Below the pieces are notes generated by a model. The model saw only the letters and a list, made by a program, of their open reading frames with translations, was not told the DNA's origin and did no database searches. Shown piece by piece: positions 1 to 12,925 of a DNA stretch of 64,000 bases (the stretch's first letter is position 1; each line of letters starts with the position of its first letter). Source of the DNA: Azolla caroliniana (taxonomy: Eukaryota > Plantae > Polypodiophyta); assembly GCA_043228905.1 (NCBI GenBank), contig JBHGNT010000008.1, positions 2,914,001-2,978,000 of the forward strand, read 5' to 3'. A program made the position numbers and the translations under genes.

Positions 1-543
1 CTGATCTTCTCGAGATAAGAAGACACGAAAGAAAGTTGCAAACAAGTGCACAACAGTACCTTTAACATTAACCAAAAAAGACCACAGCTTAAAAAATAAG
101 ACAATAAAAAATGCAGAATGTTCATCAAAACAGAAAGAGAATAATAAGAATAAGACTTGACAATTTTATTGCCAGTATGTAGCAGCCGGAAATAAAGCTT
201 GATTCAAAGTGAAGGTATATATCTATCCCCCCACTCCACAACTCGAATTTCTTTTCTAAACTCCAATGTAAATAGCAATTCAGACATATAATAACAGTAA
301 GCTACATGCACAAACAAGCCATGTCCTTCTTTGGTATGGTTCACTTGAGGTCTATGGAAGACATCATGGAACATGTTTTCCATAGACAAACCATCAGAAA
401 ACAAGGTCGTTTTCCAGTGTTCATGGACTGCATAGAGATAATTAATAAGAATATAATCGCATGACAAGAATGTGTCATCAGTAGGCGCATGAAGATCATG
501 GCTTTAATGTAAATGTAAGCGAGATTGGTGTGACATGAGTTAC

Positions 544-1286
544 CTTTTGAGCCATCGCTTTTGAGCACGACCTTAAGAACCTCAGTGAACCTTGTGCTCT
601 CCTAAGGAAACACCTCAAGAAATAAATCAATAGAAAAGGTCCATCACTGAGCAAAATCTCCTAGGTAACAAAGTGTAGTGTCTATAATTCATCATGAAAA
701 GGGGAGAAAAAAAAGTGTGTGAAGGGAAGATATTAGTACCTGGACAGTGGAAATGAAAGAACCTCCACTTTGCATTCTAGTCTTAACCGTATCCACAGGA
801 TGCATGAGGCTTTCCCCTATACCTGCAGCTATTCCACCACAGAGAAATTCTCGCCATGCTGTACGATCCAAAGAAAATTAACTCTGTTCAGTGCAACTTG
901 CAAATTTTGAATTCTAAAAATATATACATATGCATATTCAAACACGCACAAATTTCACCTTCTAATCGTATTGGAAAGATAGAAAAAAAAAAAAAAAAAA
1001 AAACCTGCCAAGAAGAAGAAGAAGAAGAAAAATAGTCTTGAATTTGCTACAATATTTCCGATTGATGAAAGTGATGAGTTTCGTCTCAAGGTTTATTTTA
1101 ATCCTCACTAGCACTGTACAGTTAAGTGAAAAGAGGAGGAGAGGGGAGGGGAGGGGAGGGAAAAGCAGAAAAGGAACGGGAAGGACGAGAGAATGTTCAA
1201 AACAGGATGCAGAGAATGGGAGGATCCTCTACAGTACCTTCACTCCATAAGTACGGGATTGAGGTGGATCTGGTATCTGCAGACAT
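544..1286 (-). CDS. Mitochondrial carrier family (SLC25/MCF, SAM-carrier-like) gene, 5' part: exons 1286-1238, 858-740, 601-544; continues beyond the left edge
   Basis: Manual GT-AG splicing gives MSADTRSTSIPYLWSE|AWREFLCGGIAAGIGESLMHPVDTVKTRMQSGGSFISTVQ|ESTRFTEVLKVVLKSDGSKG. This contains the MCF signature Px[DE]xx[KR]x[RK] (PVDTVKTR), and exon phases are consistent. Confidence 0.85.
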
Positions 1287-1479
1287 GAGAGAGAGGCACA
1301 GAGACAGACAGGGCGATGGCGATGGCGATGGCGATGGCGATGGCGAGAAACAGGAATGCCACTTACTCTGTTTTCTTTCTCTTTCTGTGTGTGTTTTTTT
1401 TTTGCAAGTCTTGAAAAGCTAAAGTATTATTCGTTTGTCCGGGCGCCCATTTTGATTTTGATTTTGGGTTGTCCGGGCT

Positions 1480-1720
1480 ACTCTTAATTTTAGCCCTGGC
1501 CCTATCCATCTTATCTCCATTTAGTCCTGGCCATCTCATCTGCATTTGCCATGGTTGTTTACTCTTATTTTTAGCCCTACCCATCCATCTCTGCATTTAG
1601 CCTTGGCCCATCTTATCTCCATTTAGCTTGGCCATCTCATCAGCATTTCTCGTGGTTACTCTTATTTTAGCTTCGCTATCTTATCTCCATTTAGCCTGGC
1701 CATATCATCTACATTTGGGC
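1480..1720. repeat. Degenerate short tandem repeat (ccatctcatctgcatttagcc-like units), recurring at ~2225-2350
   Basis: Repeated ccatcttatctccatttag / ccatctcatctgcattt motifs are directly visible. Confidence 0.6.
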
Positions 1721-1914
1721 TCTCTCTCTTTGATGCAACCAATTTGACGTCAAACCATGGCTGAAACTAATCCTTCAGATACTAGTGGTGTAGGTTTTTT
1801 TTTATATTTACTTTTGATGAATGGGTAAATCTCCCATTTTGCTGTAAACCAATTGTCTTATGGGCCAAATTTGGCCTTAGAAGATGTTAATATTTCTTTC
1901 TTTCTTATTGTAAG

Positions 1915-2640
1915 TACCTTACCCTAGTGATAAGTTATTACGCTACAAGCCTTATGTCTTGGGTTCGAAACCTAATCATCTTACCTCTCTATTACGTACT
2001 TCATACATATCTCTTTTAATTCACCAGATGCCACTTTGGAAGGTAGGGGTTGAACCCATGACCTCCTGGTCTCCATTGGCCTCTCTCTCTCTCTCTAGTG
2101 AAACAATGGGTATCACAATGGAGTATGGTCACCCATGAACTAACTATACGGGTAGTGGAACATGTTGAGCTTTGTGTGGGTGTAGGTGTGGTAATTAGCT
2201 TACCCTAGTAATGTTACACTACTACCCTGGCCATATGATCTCCATTTAGCCTAGTCGTCTCATCTACATTTCACATGACCATCTCATTTGCATTTCACAT
2301 GGCAATATCTCAATTGCATCTTGCATGCCATCTCATATGCATTTGGCCTCTCTCTCTCTCTCTCTCTTGAAAACACACAATTATATTAATAAATGTGTGT
2401 GAAAAACACCACTTACAATGGGTATTACAATGGAGTATGGTCACCCATGAACTAACTATTGGGTAGTGGAACATGTTGAGTTGTGTGTGTGTGTGTGGTA
2501 ATTAGCTTACCCTAGTCGTATTACACTACTAGCAATATCATCTTGGGTTTGAAACCCAATTTTCTATTACTTCATACAAATCTCTTAATTCACTAGAGGC
2601 CACATTGGGATGTAAGGGTTGAACCTATGACTTTTCTCTC
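1915..2640. mobile_element. tRNA-derived SINE-like fragments plus a local duplication (~2100-2225 vs ~2415-2530)
   Basis: agcttaccctagt...gtcttgggttcgaaacc (B-box-like GGTTCGAAACC near 1962); reverse T-arm-like ggggttgaacccatgacctcc near 2045; the related head agcttaacctagtggtaag recurs at 14.6-14.85 kb. Confidence 0.4.
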
Positions 2641-4529
2641 TCTCTCTCTCTCTTATGTGTGTCGGGTTGTTGGTTCTAGCATTGCCCTTAGCAAGCGAAT
2701 CATGGGACAAAAAACATGTGATGATCCTCGTCTTGTTCATTCTCATGGAAGTGTTAACCATTGCGCTTTGTAGGGAGAGGGTGCCCACATGATTAGACAC
2801 TAATGATCATACCTCCTCTCACCTTGACCAATGGCTAACACTTCCATGAGAATCAACGAGAGGAGGATCAAAACATGTTTTTTGTCCCACATTCCTTCGC
2901 TTCTCGTTGTTTTTGCCCAACTATTACAACATTATTTTACATGTTTATCAAAGATTGTGCATGTTCGTGTGTATTGGTAGTAAATATTGATGCTTCACTC
3001 CTCCCTCCCCCTCCCCGAAAATACTTTGTTGGTGAAATTTTCTCTACTTCCCCCTTTTAGCTTGATTGTGTGGCTTCAATATCACCTGCATGTGAACATA
3101 GATGTGTACACATCTTGGGCACATGTGTGCCAAAGTCGCAATTTACTTAATAAATGAGAGATTCCTTTGCATTGAATGAATATGAACTGGATGGTGTAGA
3201 TATCCCATTCACTCTCCCATTGTTACTAATTGATCATAGCTTCTATTTGTACCCTCTATCTATATAAACCAAGCCACCAACACCCGATATCAAATGTTGG
3301 TTATCCTAGATATATTGTTGACTTTTGTAGTTTATCTGTAACATTATCTACCAAAAATCATCCCCCAATTTGCTAATATACTTCATATTTGTTTATATTG
3401 TGTATTCTATCTCCCCCTCCCCCCCCTCTCTCTATCACAAGTAGTCACACGTCTTACTTAATCTTCTATGTCACATAGAATTGCATTCTCTTGTTCATCA
3501 CATAAATTTATAGTCACATGAAGATTTGTCTTATTGGTTACCTAAAGAATATGAGCTCATAAAATTAGTGTTTATTGAAGATTGCATGTCATTTTATATC
3601 TATGTAGTGCGCAATCCACCTAATGTCTATACCACATAACACAATTCGTGGACAAGCATAATAAGAAAGAAAATACAATAAAAAGGCAATCTCGTTGATG
3701 AACACAACTTAAAAAACAAGAGCTCCTATTTATTTCCCCAAATGTTCCTAAGCTTTCATTGTTTCAGTCAAATGTCCTTAGTTTACCCCCAATTGTATGC
3801 ATTTTATGGTGAAATCAACTCAGCTATATTAATAATCACATACAAATGTTATTTGAACAATAATATGATCGATAGTCATCATTAGTGCAGACATTGACTC
3901 TGACATATGATGGAGATAGCATCACCTTTCACTTAATAGGAAGCAAGAAAAAAGCAAAGGTAACATAGTGATAAGCGATTTCAATAGTCGTCCCAAGTTA
4001 ATTAGTTCTAGGCCAAGTTGCTAACCGATACACCATGAAACTATCGTTCTAACAAATTAACTATGTCAAGTCGTAAATACTAACCGATACATTGTGAAAT
4101 AATCATTTTGGCATGAATGGATCATAGCCTTTGTATGTTTTTTCCACATTGACAACTTTAATAATACTTTAATCCAAAAACAATATTTACAACAATGTTT
4201 TGAAACATTAGGATTGAAACTGACAAATTTCCCTTTAAAAGGCAATAAAAACAAATAAGAAAACTATGCAATGTCATCATGCTTCATGGCGATGTTATTG
4301 GAATCAAGTTCCAATTTAGGGGGCCGTTACGCTACGTAACTATTATTTTAGTTTGGATGAATCATATTCTTGGTTTCATATCATGAACTAAGCAAGAGTG
4401 ATAAATTTGTCATTTCAAAGATAGTCATAACAAAAATAAAAGAAAAACAACATTTTGGTGTTTTTATGACACGCTAATTTGTCTCGAGGAATAATATTGC
4501 TTTTTATTGACACTACGAAATGAAACAGT

Positions 4530-4850
4530 AACACTAGCAAGGTAATGCAAACAAATAAGATGACAATGCAAACAAATAAGATGACAATGTATCTTTGCAT
4601 CTCAAGACAAGATATTGGATTCAATGTTCTCATTGTGTTAACTAGTGTGTGCTAGTGAAACCAAAAATCTCGTTTAAGCAAATCTTTAGGTGGATCATTG
4701 GTCCTAATAAGCATCGTTTAAGTGGCAATGCAAACGAATAATAGAGGCCTCATTTAGAGTCAAAACTAAGTTAGTGGAATCAAAGTTTAGTTTGCGAAAT
4801 AGAACATTCCAAATTTACGAACTAGTTACCTTAGTTGGAGCTAACCATAA
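4530..4850. repeat. Dispersed repeat, diverged copy of ~12930-13250
   Basis: Shared blocks gcatctcaa...gattcaatgttctca..., ggatcattg...cctaa..., taccttagttg...aaccataatttaacataaa. Confidence 0.65.
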
Positions 4851-5228
4851 TTTAACATAAACGGAATAACTATTTAACTTAAGTTATTGGAGTTGGAACT
4901 TAGAAGTCCAAGTTAGTCACATCTACACTATGAACAATTGTTTACTCATAAAATATGGCCATCTATTGTTTTTTATTGCCATTCCCTTTCGTGTAATTTC
5001 ATTTGCATGATCACTTTGGGCAAACTCTTCGCGTAATCTCTCCATGTTGTCGTGAAGTTCATGTGCGTGAAACGTGAGCGAGACCACCAAGGACCTGAAC
5101 CAGATAGGATGGTTGCCTTGAGGGTTGATGTCGGAGTGCTAAAATATATGGATTTCCATACTCGGTTTTCTTTTGAAGACTTCACTTTTTCAAAATATTG
5201 TGTGTATACAACTTTCGTGTATCTATGG

Positions 5229-5232
<4 letters not shown>

Positions 5233-5283
<51 letters not shown>
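5233..5283. repeat. (TG)n microsatellite
   Basis: Direct observation. Confidence 0.95.
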
Positions 5284-5284
<1 letters not shown>

Positions 5285-5557
5285 ATGTACTATGTTATAT
5301 ATATGTATATGCTTGTAACAGAGTGTATATTGATCATATGTGTAAGTAAGCTAATAAGTAAGTGTGGTTTAATGTTTAAAGTTTGTTATAAGGTTTTTAA
5401 TATACATATGTGTGTGTGTATTTGTATGTTGGAAGGTGTGAGGGGTATTTAGGAAAATTAGGCTTGTTCCCGTCCCTTGGGTCATGGGGCAGATATTTTT
5501 ATTCTATTTGTTTTAAGTCTAAATGGGAAAAGAAGAGACTAAGAGAAAAGTAGGAGG

Positions 5558-5561
<4 letters not shown>

Positions 5562-5624
<63 letters not shown>
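5562..5624. repeat. (GA)n microsatellite
   Basis: Direct observation. Confidence 0.95.
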
Positions 5625-5627
<3 letters not shown>

Positions 5628-5749
5628 ATTGGAGGTGGAGGAGGTGAAGGTTTGAGGAAGTGAAGGTTCAAAGATGCGGTGAAGGTTTTGAGTGAAGGTT
5701 CAAGGATGTGGTGAAGGTTGGAGTGGGGAGAAATCTCTAACTTCTCACT

Positions 5750-6380
5750 CGATTGTCGGAATCATGATCCGTAGATGGGATGGAAGACACTTGTTTCATC
5801 ATGTGTCACTAGATTCCTCTATAAATGAGGCTTTTTTGCAACGCCAATGTATCATGACATGGGACAAATGTGGTGGCTCACGCTTCACACATTATATTAC
5901 AAATGTTGCACCTAACTACAAAACCATATTCTTTGCGGAACGGGGAAGCCGTACACATCAATACATGTTAGAGCCCATCCCGATATCTGCCATTCGAACC
6001 ATTGCTTCCATGCGACTTAGCTCGCACGCATTGAGATGTGAGACGGGGTGTTGGGGTACAAGTGATGAGAGTGGCCGACTATGCACACTTTGCCCTACAC
6101 AAGTTCGAGAGTCTGAGTATCACACTTTGATACAATGCTCTGCCTTTGATCATATTCGACCATGCTTTCCACATCTTTTCGATCGAGCCCAATCCTTGCA
6201 CGAATTTCTCTCACAACCACGATGTGCACTCTCGATTGCAACGTTCATTGGTAAAGTTCTTGAACATCAAGAGTTGCTACTCACCTTCACACGTATCACG
6301 TGAAATGTAATATTTTTGGTCTCATAGGTCATATTGGACCTCCGAAGACGATAACATAATCTATATATCTATCTATCTCT
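5750..6380 (+). mobile_element. 5'-truncated non-LTR retrotransposon 3' end (RTEX/L2-like C-terminal CCHC domain, short 3' UTR, (TATC)n tail)
   Basis: ORF 5692-6303 contains RLSSHALRCETGCW...RLCTLC...ESEYHTLIQCSAFDHIR, matching the LxxETGR...CxxC...E.E.H...C pattern of LINE ORF2 ends. It is followed by a hairpin (6326-6341) and a tatctatctatc tail. Confidence 0.75.
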
Positions 6381-7849
6381 CAAGAGGTCTACACCCTCCT
6401 TCCCTCTTAGTATTAATCCTCATCTCTAGTACTAATTTACCTCTCTATCTTAGTAGTATTCCTAACAATTGCGTCATGTTTATGGCGATAAAAATCTAGT
6501 GAACCCCTACCAAAAACCACAACGATTAATCAATCGATTGATCGAGCTATTTTCTAACCCCGATGGTTGGGTTCTAGACTTATTTTCTAGAATAGGTATT
6601 CTTACAAGCAAGATCAATTTATCTTAAAATAAAATTGAATTTCCCGAATATGTTTTCTCACTTACGCAATTATGATTGTTTTTTTAGAAATTACGACTGC
6701 ACGTGCTTTAAAGATGTTTAGGAACTGTGTCGCCTTGGAGAAGGACCTTTCACAAGATAACTTTATTAAAATGAGTATCCAAGGTATTTGGGATTGTCCT
6801 GACCAAGACCAAGAGGTTGGGGCAAAGCATATTAATGAAACTGAGATGTTCTAGTTGACCTCCAGAGAACTGATGGAACCTATAGACGAAGAAGGAGGGA
6901 ACCTTGTTGATCTTGAGGATGTACTACAATCTGAACAGATGCTTGATTCAACTGAGCTGACATAAGAGGCAAATGCTGATATGACACAACAATCAGTTGA
7001 TCTTGAAGACTAGTTTCAGATTTACTAATAGAATGAAACATTACTATATATATAGTGGTTCTTGTGTGAATTGAACATTATTTTGAATTGTAACAACTTT
7101 TGGTTTTAGTATAATCTCCTAGTAACATTTTGTCTTTACTTTATCCTTTGGGTATCTCTTTTCAATGTGTCTTAAATGTGATTTTACTTGTAAATCTTAT
7201 GGTTAAGTATAATTTCCATTGAGCATTTGCTTTTTACTGTATCATTACATATGATTCATTGAACTTATTGTTTAAGTATATTTGGTATCCTAATAATATG
7301 GTTTATGTTGTCATATGTTTTAGTAAACTAGTTTTGGGTATCCACAATGATATTAAGCCAAGACGGTTGTTCATATGATTATGTGTTCACGTTTGTTAAT
7401 ATGATTGACATATAATTTGTGCCGTGGTTTTTTGCATGCGTGGTATCTCGTGAGATTTGCTTTTACGAATATTTCTCTATTTATAAACTTAAACCCTATT
7501 TACAAACTCGAAATATCCCTCTTCATAATTCTTAGAGATAACTATACACACAAAATTGCATTTCAAAATTTGTTAAGTGGGATTCAAATTTAACATTATG
7601 TGCAATGAAGCATAAGCATAATACAATTATAATTGCATGGATTCTCACCATCTTATCTAAGAATTGGATAAATTTATCATAGATTGAATAAATGAAGGTT
7701 AATTTTGTAGTCCTAAAAAATTTAACTGCATATTTGAGCGATGTATTTAAAAATCATGTACGCATGCGTGATATGTTCTTAAAAGTTTGCTAAAAAATGT
7801 ATTTCTTGACATCTCACATCAATATAAAAAAGGGAATGCGATATATTAC

Positions 7850-8303
7850 TAACATTTGGCAACGGTTCGGTTCGGTTTGAGAGGGTCCAAACCGAATCGG
7901 GTTGGAAACGAACCGTTTAAATTTTTTGAAACCTAAACCAAACCGAACAGAACCACGAAACCATTAACCCGAACCATTAAACCATTTTCAAACCATTAAA
8001 CCGTAAAAACCGCAGTTTCGTGGTTCGGTTTTGGTTTTCAACATAGGTCCAAATTTTAATTTTTTTAAATTTATAATATTTCATTATTTTAAAATTTTAA
8101 AATTTTTGAGATGTTCCTAAAATGTGAGAATAAGGTCTAAAAATGAAAACATTGTTTAAAAACAAATTTTAAATTTTTTTATAAATTTTTTAAAAAAACC
8201 GTTAAACCGTTTAAACCGTTGTTTCTGACTGTTAAAACCAAACCAAATTGTTGAAACCGTTAAGCCGCGGTTTCGCGGTTCGGTTCGGTGTTGCCGATTG
8301 TTA
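7850..8303. mobile_element. hAT-type non-autonomous element (MITE)
   Basis: 14-bp imperfect TIRs taacatttggcaac / gttgccgattgtta; 8-bp TSD tatattac (7842-7849) / catattac (8304-8311); many subterminal aaccg/cggtt motifs; AT-rich core. Confidence 0.8.
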
Positions 8304-9421
8304 CATATTACCTATTTCAAATGTCCCAATGTTATCATCTATTTGATCAAATGTACTAGCTTTTGCATCTTACAATAAGATGTGAGATGAAATGTCTCAT
8401 TCTGTTTTTTCTATGTAGAGTTTTCAAGTAATATATTAAGGTGCATCTTTCTTTAATAAAATAAAATAAAAGAATCTCAAAAAGGAAAAACTCTAAAACA
8501 TCTTATCTAAAATAATCAAGGCAATCATCTCACCATATTCACCATTTTCGTGGTTTAGGTCCTTCGTAGTCCCACTGAAGTAGCACGTGCAATCAAAAAT
8601 TTATGTTGTGTCTTTGGTGAATATGATGTGAAAGGGCCACAAAGGAGGATGGTGATGCCAAGTCTTAACTAAAGGTATTACTTGAATAATGTCCATGGTG
8701 ATGGATCATGTGCTTGGGGAAAGAGAAGTTATGGTGGGGCTTGACAAAGCCATAAAGAAGATTGTAGAGCCATTTGACCAATTTGAATGAAATGTTGTCT
8801 CCCACTATTTGGATATATATAAAGCTATAGTGCATATGAGGGAAGTTTTTCAAAGTGATGTAGATGGGTAGTTTTGCTATAGTAGTGACATTGTCTCCAT
8901 GGGCAAATCCTCAAATTTCAAGTGACGAGCCAAAGTTGAGAAATGTTTGAAAGAAGACTACTAAAAAAAAACAACTTCGATGAATCCACCAAGATGACAA
9001 AGAAAGATTTGATGGAGTGGGTTGAGCTACATGCAAAACCAGCAAGCTCAATGGTCACAACTCTTCAAGTGCTGAGAATCAAACTCGACCTAGTCTAATG
9101 TCTAAACACACCATTTGAGAATGTATGAGCACGCAAAGGTCAAAGGTCACCCAAGTCTACTCTCTAACATTAATTGTGTCATAAAATTATGTTCTATGAC
9201 ACTTAATTAATGAGTTTCCACATTCCACATAGCACATGAGCTTCTATAGTTCTTAGAGAGAGAATGCGCGTTTTAGTGAGAGAATAAGAGAGAGGGTGAC
9301 TTTATATAAAGCACCTTCCTCCTTCCTTTGTGTTTTGTTGGTTGCTAGTATATTTTCTTACTCCTTGTTAATATACATTTGAGTCTTCTATCTTCTATCC
9401 ATCTATCTTGTGTCTCTTTTC

Positions 9422-9456
<35 letters not shown>

Positions 9457-9639
9457 GCACGCACACACGCACGCACACATAAACACACAGCTAACCTATT
9501 CCGCTTAATATAGTTACTCAATGTAATTATTTCCAAAGAGTTTGAAAATAAATTTGGGGTGGCTTTTGAAACTTGATATAAACATTCTTGATTCAAGTAA
9601 AGTATTGTGATTCCTTAAGGTACCGAACACTAAGGACAT

Positions 9640-10170
9640 AGGAGACAATGCCTCTTACTAAAGAATTAAGAAGACTTCATTTCATATTGGAATGCAATTA
9701 AAAGAGCATACAAATGTTTTGACATGAGAATGCCAATGGGGTGATGAAACATCTTTAATCACCAAGGCTCCAATCAAAAGAAGAGTTGAGGAAATGGGGG
9801 TGTCAAATCCAACGAAAAGAAGGCTCCAACCAACTGTTGGATCGGGGCAAAGAAGGAACATGATATAAGGGCTTTTTAGAGGAACAACAATCAAAGAATT
9901 GATGAACATGGTTTGTGACCTCTAGATTTCCCAAGCAACAAGAAAAGATAGAAGTCCTCCAACAGATCGACAACTAGGATTTGTATGAAGATACATATGG
10001 TGTGATGATACAAATCATCAAAGAAGACATTATGAAGATTTCCAAGAAGCACTATGTTGTAATATCATGTACTTTATTGGTATAAATCAAATCCATTCAT
10101 CTGAAATGAGATGACCCCTCAAAATGAACTTTCGTTGTGGTATGAAGAAGCTTGTGGAAGATGTAGAGAG
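9640..10170 (+). mobile_element. Degenerate Ty3/Gypsy gag remnant
   Basis: Translation IWCDDTNHQRRHYEDFQEALCCNIMYF...IHSSEMR*PLKMNFRCGMKKLVED resembles a decayed gag zinc knuckle and the following region; stops are present. Confidence 0.5.
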
Positions 10171-11049
10171 AAGGAATGTACTTTGTTACAAAGCACTACT
10201 AACTCCACGACCCACATTTTGAACACTGTGAATAAAGGATCAATAGATTGCATTCATGTGTCGATTCTAGGTCTATATTACACCAAATGCATGTCTTTGT
10301 ATCGATGGAGTTTGCCCTCCACATAGATATCATTGGCTAAGGGGTTCCATATGTCGTATCCCCTATCGATGTGAGTCAAGAAATAGTTGTTGTTAAGCAC
10401 TCTTGGGTAGCTAACTTCACTTACTCTAATGTTGCATCTCTCGATCACCTCTCTTGGAAGCGCTAACCTCACCAAGAAGTTCAATAATACTGTAATGTGC
10501 TTTAGCATTGGATACATCCACTAATAAACACAACATTGCAAAGAAATTTCAATATTCAATTAATGGAAGCACACACAGCACATACAAAGGAGGGGCGATT
10601 AGGGTTTGGTTAAATAATGCATAACACTAATAACTCAACTCACAACATACGAGAGATAGAGGGATATAGCTTACGTTACAAATGGGCTTTGAACTTTCAA
10701 GAAAAAGCTAAAAAATGCACAATTGTGACATTGATATCTCTTTTACAAAGAGAACATCCGCTTTCACATTGGGGTGACTATTTAGGCCTAAAGCTATAGA
10801 CCCAATTTTGTTGTGTTCCCCTTTCTCACACTTGGACTTTAGTACTAATGTCGATCCTAATGTCTTTGTGGGTCATGCTATGTACGACCGGTACTTAACA
10901 TGTTTACACACGATGGGAGAGGCTATCAACTTTGGTCAACAATGATGGTTCTTGCTAACTATTTAAACCCTATAGACAATAGTTCAACATGGACATAAGT
11001 TTAGGTATGAAGAGTAAGGTTAATTTGTCATAAATAAATGAGGAAAGAT

Positions 11050-12925
11050 ATTTTTTTTAGCATGAGAAAATGAAACGATAACACTATCAAGGTAAATTAT
11101 GCAAACAAAATCAAAAGCTTGGAATTGCTGCTAGGATAAAAAGCTTGGAAAGGCATATTTCTAAATCGGTTGATGCAGTTAAGTCCTAAAACGGGTGGTG
11201 TTTGGTCACCCTCTTTAAAGTGGTAATTCTTGAACGATGTACAAACACCAAGGCAGGATATTGCATCCAATAGATTTTTGCTAGGAATCAAAAGGGTGTG
11301 TGATGTGATTAAGTCATTCTTGCTTAGGGTCAAGCCTTCTACGTGGGATACACTGCTTAATTAGCCTCTTCTTGCCAATTCTTTATTTCAGGATAATGCA
11401 GGAAAAGTGTTGGGCTTAAGAACTCACCTTGCTTGGGGAAAATTGGATAACAGGCCTGATGCACCTGTAAGAACTTGGACTCAATTTCACCATAAGTCAC
11501 AAGAAGATCGTCTTGCACATTTACAATCTATTCATGGTGCCAAGATAATGACTACTAGCATATCAGCACCATATTATTCGTTTTCGACAACCTTTCAACC
11601 CAGGAAGGAACATATGTGGTTTGGATGCTTCATAAATGACACATTGATGGTTGTCAAGGGTGTTTCACCTAATGGGTGTGCTTCTTATTTTTTGGTCCTA
11701 AACAATCATACATTACAACCTTACAACTTTGAGTGCAGTTATCTACAACACTTGCGAAGCGCACCAGTCAGAGTGGTTGCTAAAATAAGAAAGAAATGGA
11801 TGCTTGATCCTTATCCTTCAATTGCTCATATGTGTGATATGTTGTGGTTACGTGCAAAAGACCCGGTTGCAAGATTAACATGGGATCTGGGGGGTTTGTT
11901 TTGGTCACATTCCTTGGGGAGCAGATCATAAAGGTTCCCTTCTTTCAAATCTGAGTAAAACTTGGAAGAGCACTACTGCTCTCTCAGAATGCAAGGATAC
12001 CAGTAGCTCAAAAACATTGGACCATTTGGGGGGTCTCAACTTTGCATTTGAAAACCTACTAGAGATGGATTTGGTCATTCAATGAGGCAACTAAATTTAT
12101 TCTCTTCAGATGGCTATTTGTGCATACGACCTTACCAGTTGGTCACCATTGGAAGGGAATGTAACACCCAATCTTCGACAATGTGAATTTTGCCATGAAG
12201 CTCAAGAGATTGCCAAGCATGCCCTTTGGTCTTGTCCTTGGCTCAACAAGTATTGCATAAAGTTCTTTTGTTATTGTTAACAATCAATGTCAGCTGCTTA
12301 TTTTCATGGGGAGTAGCGATGTGGGGAGTGTTACATTCCAGTTTGACGTTGTATGAGGCAAACGACGTTCAAGAGGCAATTATGATGGTACATAATAGAA
12401 GATTGATATTGGTCACCCCCTTTCAACAACCTCGAAAGCAAGTGTGAGTCCAAGTATGGAAAATAGTGACTACAATAACGTTATGGGCATTATGCAAATG
12501 TCGATGCAACCGACTTTATGATGCGGCAGATAAATGTCTCTCAAATGTCTTGCTTTAGATATTGGAGAACTTGCTGGCAGTAGTCCGCGGCCAGTATGAC
12601 AACATGCAGGGTTCACCAGAGACCGTGAACAAGAGAAAGAAGAAGTTCTTTCATTTATGGAAAAAGTTACCCTTGTTTACAGAGTCAACTGAAGGGCCTC
12701 AATGGAACTATCAACTCCCATGGACCCTTTCTTGAATACCAGTGAATCATGGCATAGTGCAACAACAAATTTCAACACCTTTTACGAAGTCCTAACTTTG
12801 GTTTTAGGATTATTGTACATCATTGTACATGAAAAATTGTAAGCTTTTGGGCAAACAAGCTTAAGTTGTACCATTCACATGTTTTTTCTTAATACTACTA
12901 AGGAAAATCTTTGAAGAAAAAGAAA
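11050..12925 (+). mobile_element. Degenerate L1-like LINE, 3' part of ORF2 plus 3' UTR and A-rich tail
   Basis: Trp-rich fragments (LAWGKLDNRPDAPVRTWTQF; FRWLFVHTTLPVG; C.FCHEAQEIAKHALWSC, zf-RVT-like) broken by stops. The 3' end (12835-12925) is also present at 25790-25885. Confidence 0.65.

Noticed and set aside
1005-1100. Extra exon of the mitochondrial carrier gene
   Set aside because: There is an in-frame stop upstream, and exon 1286-1238 already splices in phase to 858.
6500-7010. Possible hAT transposase C-terminal relic
   Set aside because: Only an acidic, stop-interrupted stretch with no diagnostic motif or TIR that I can support.
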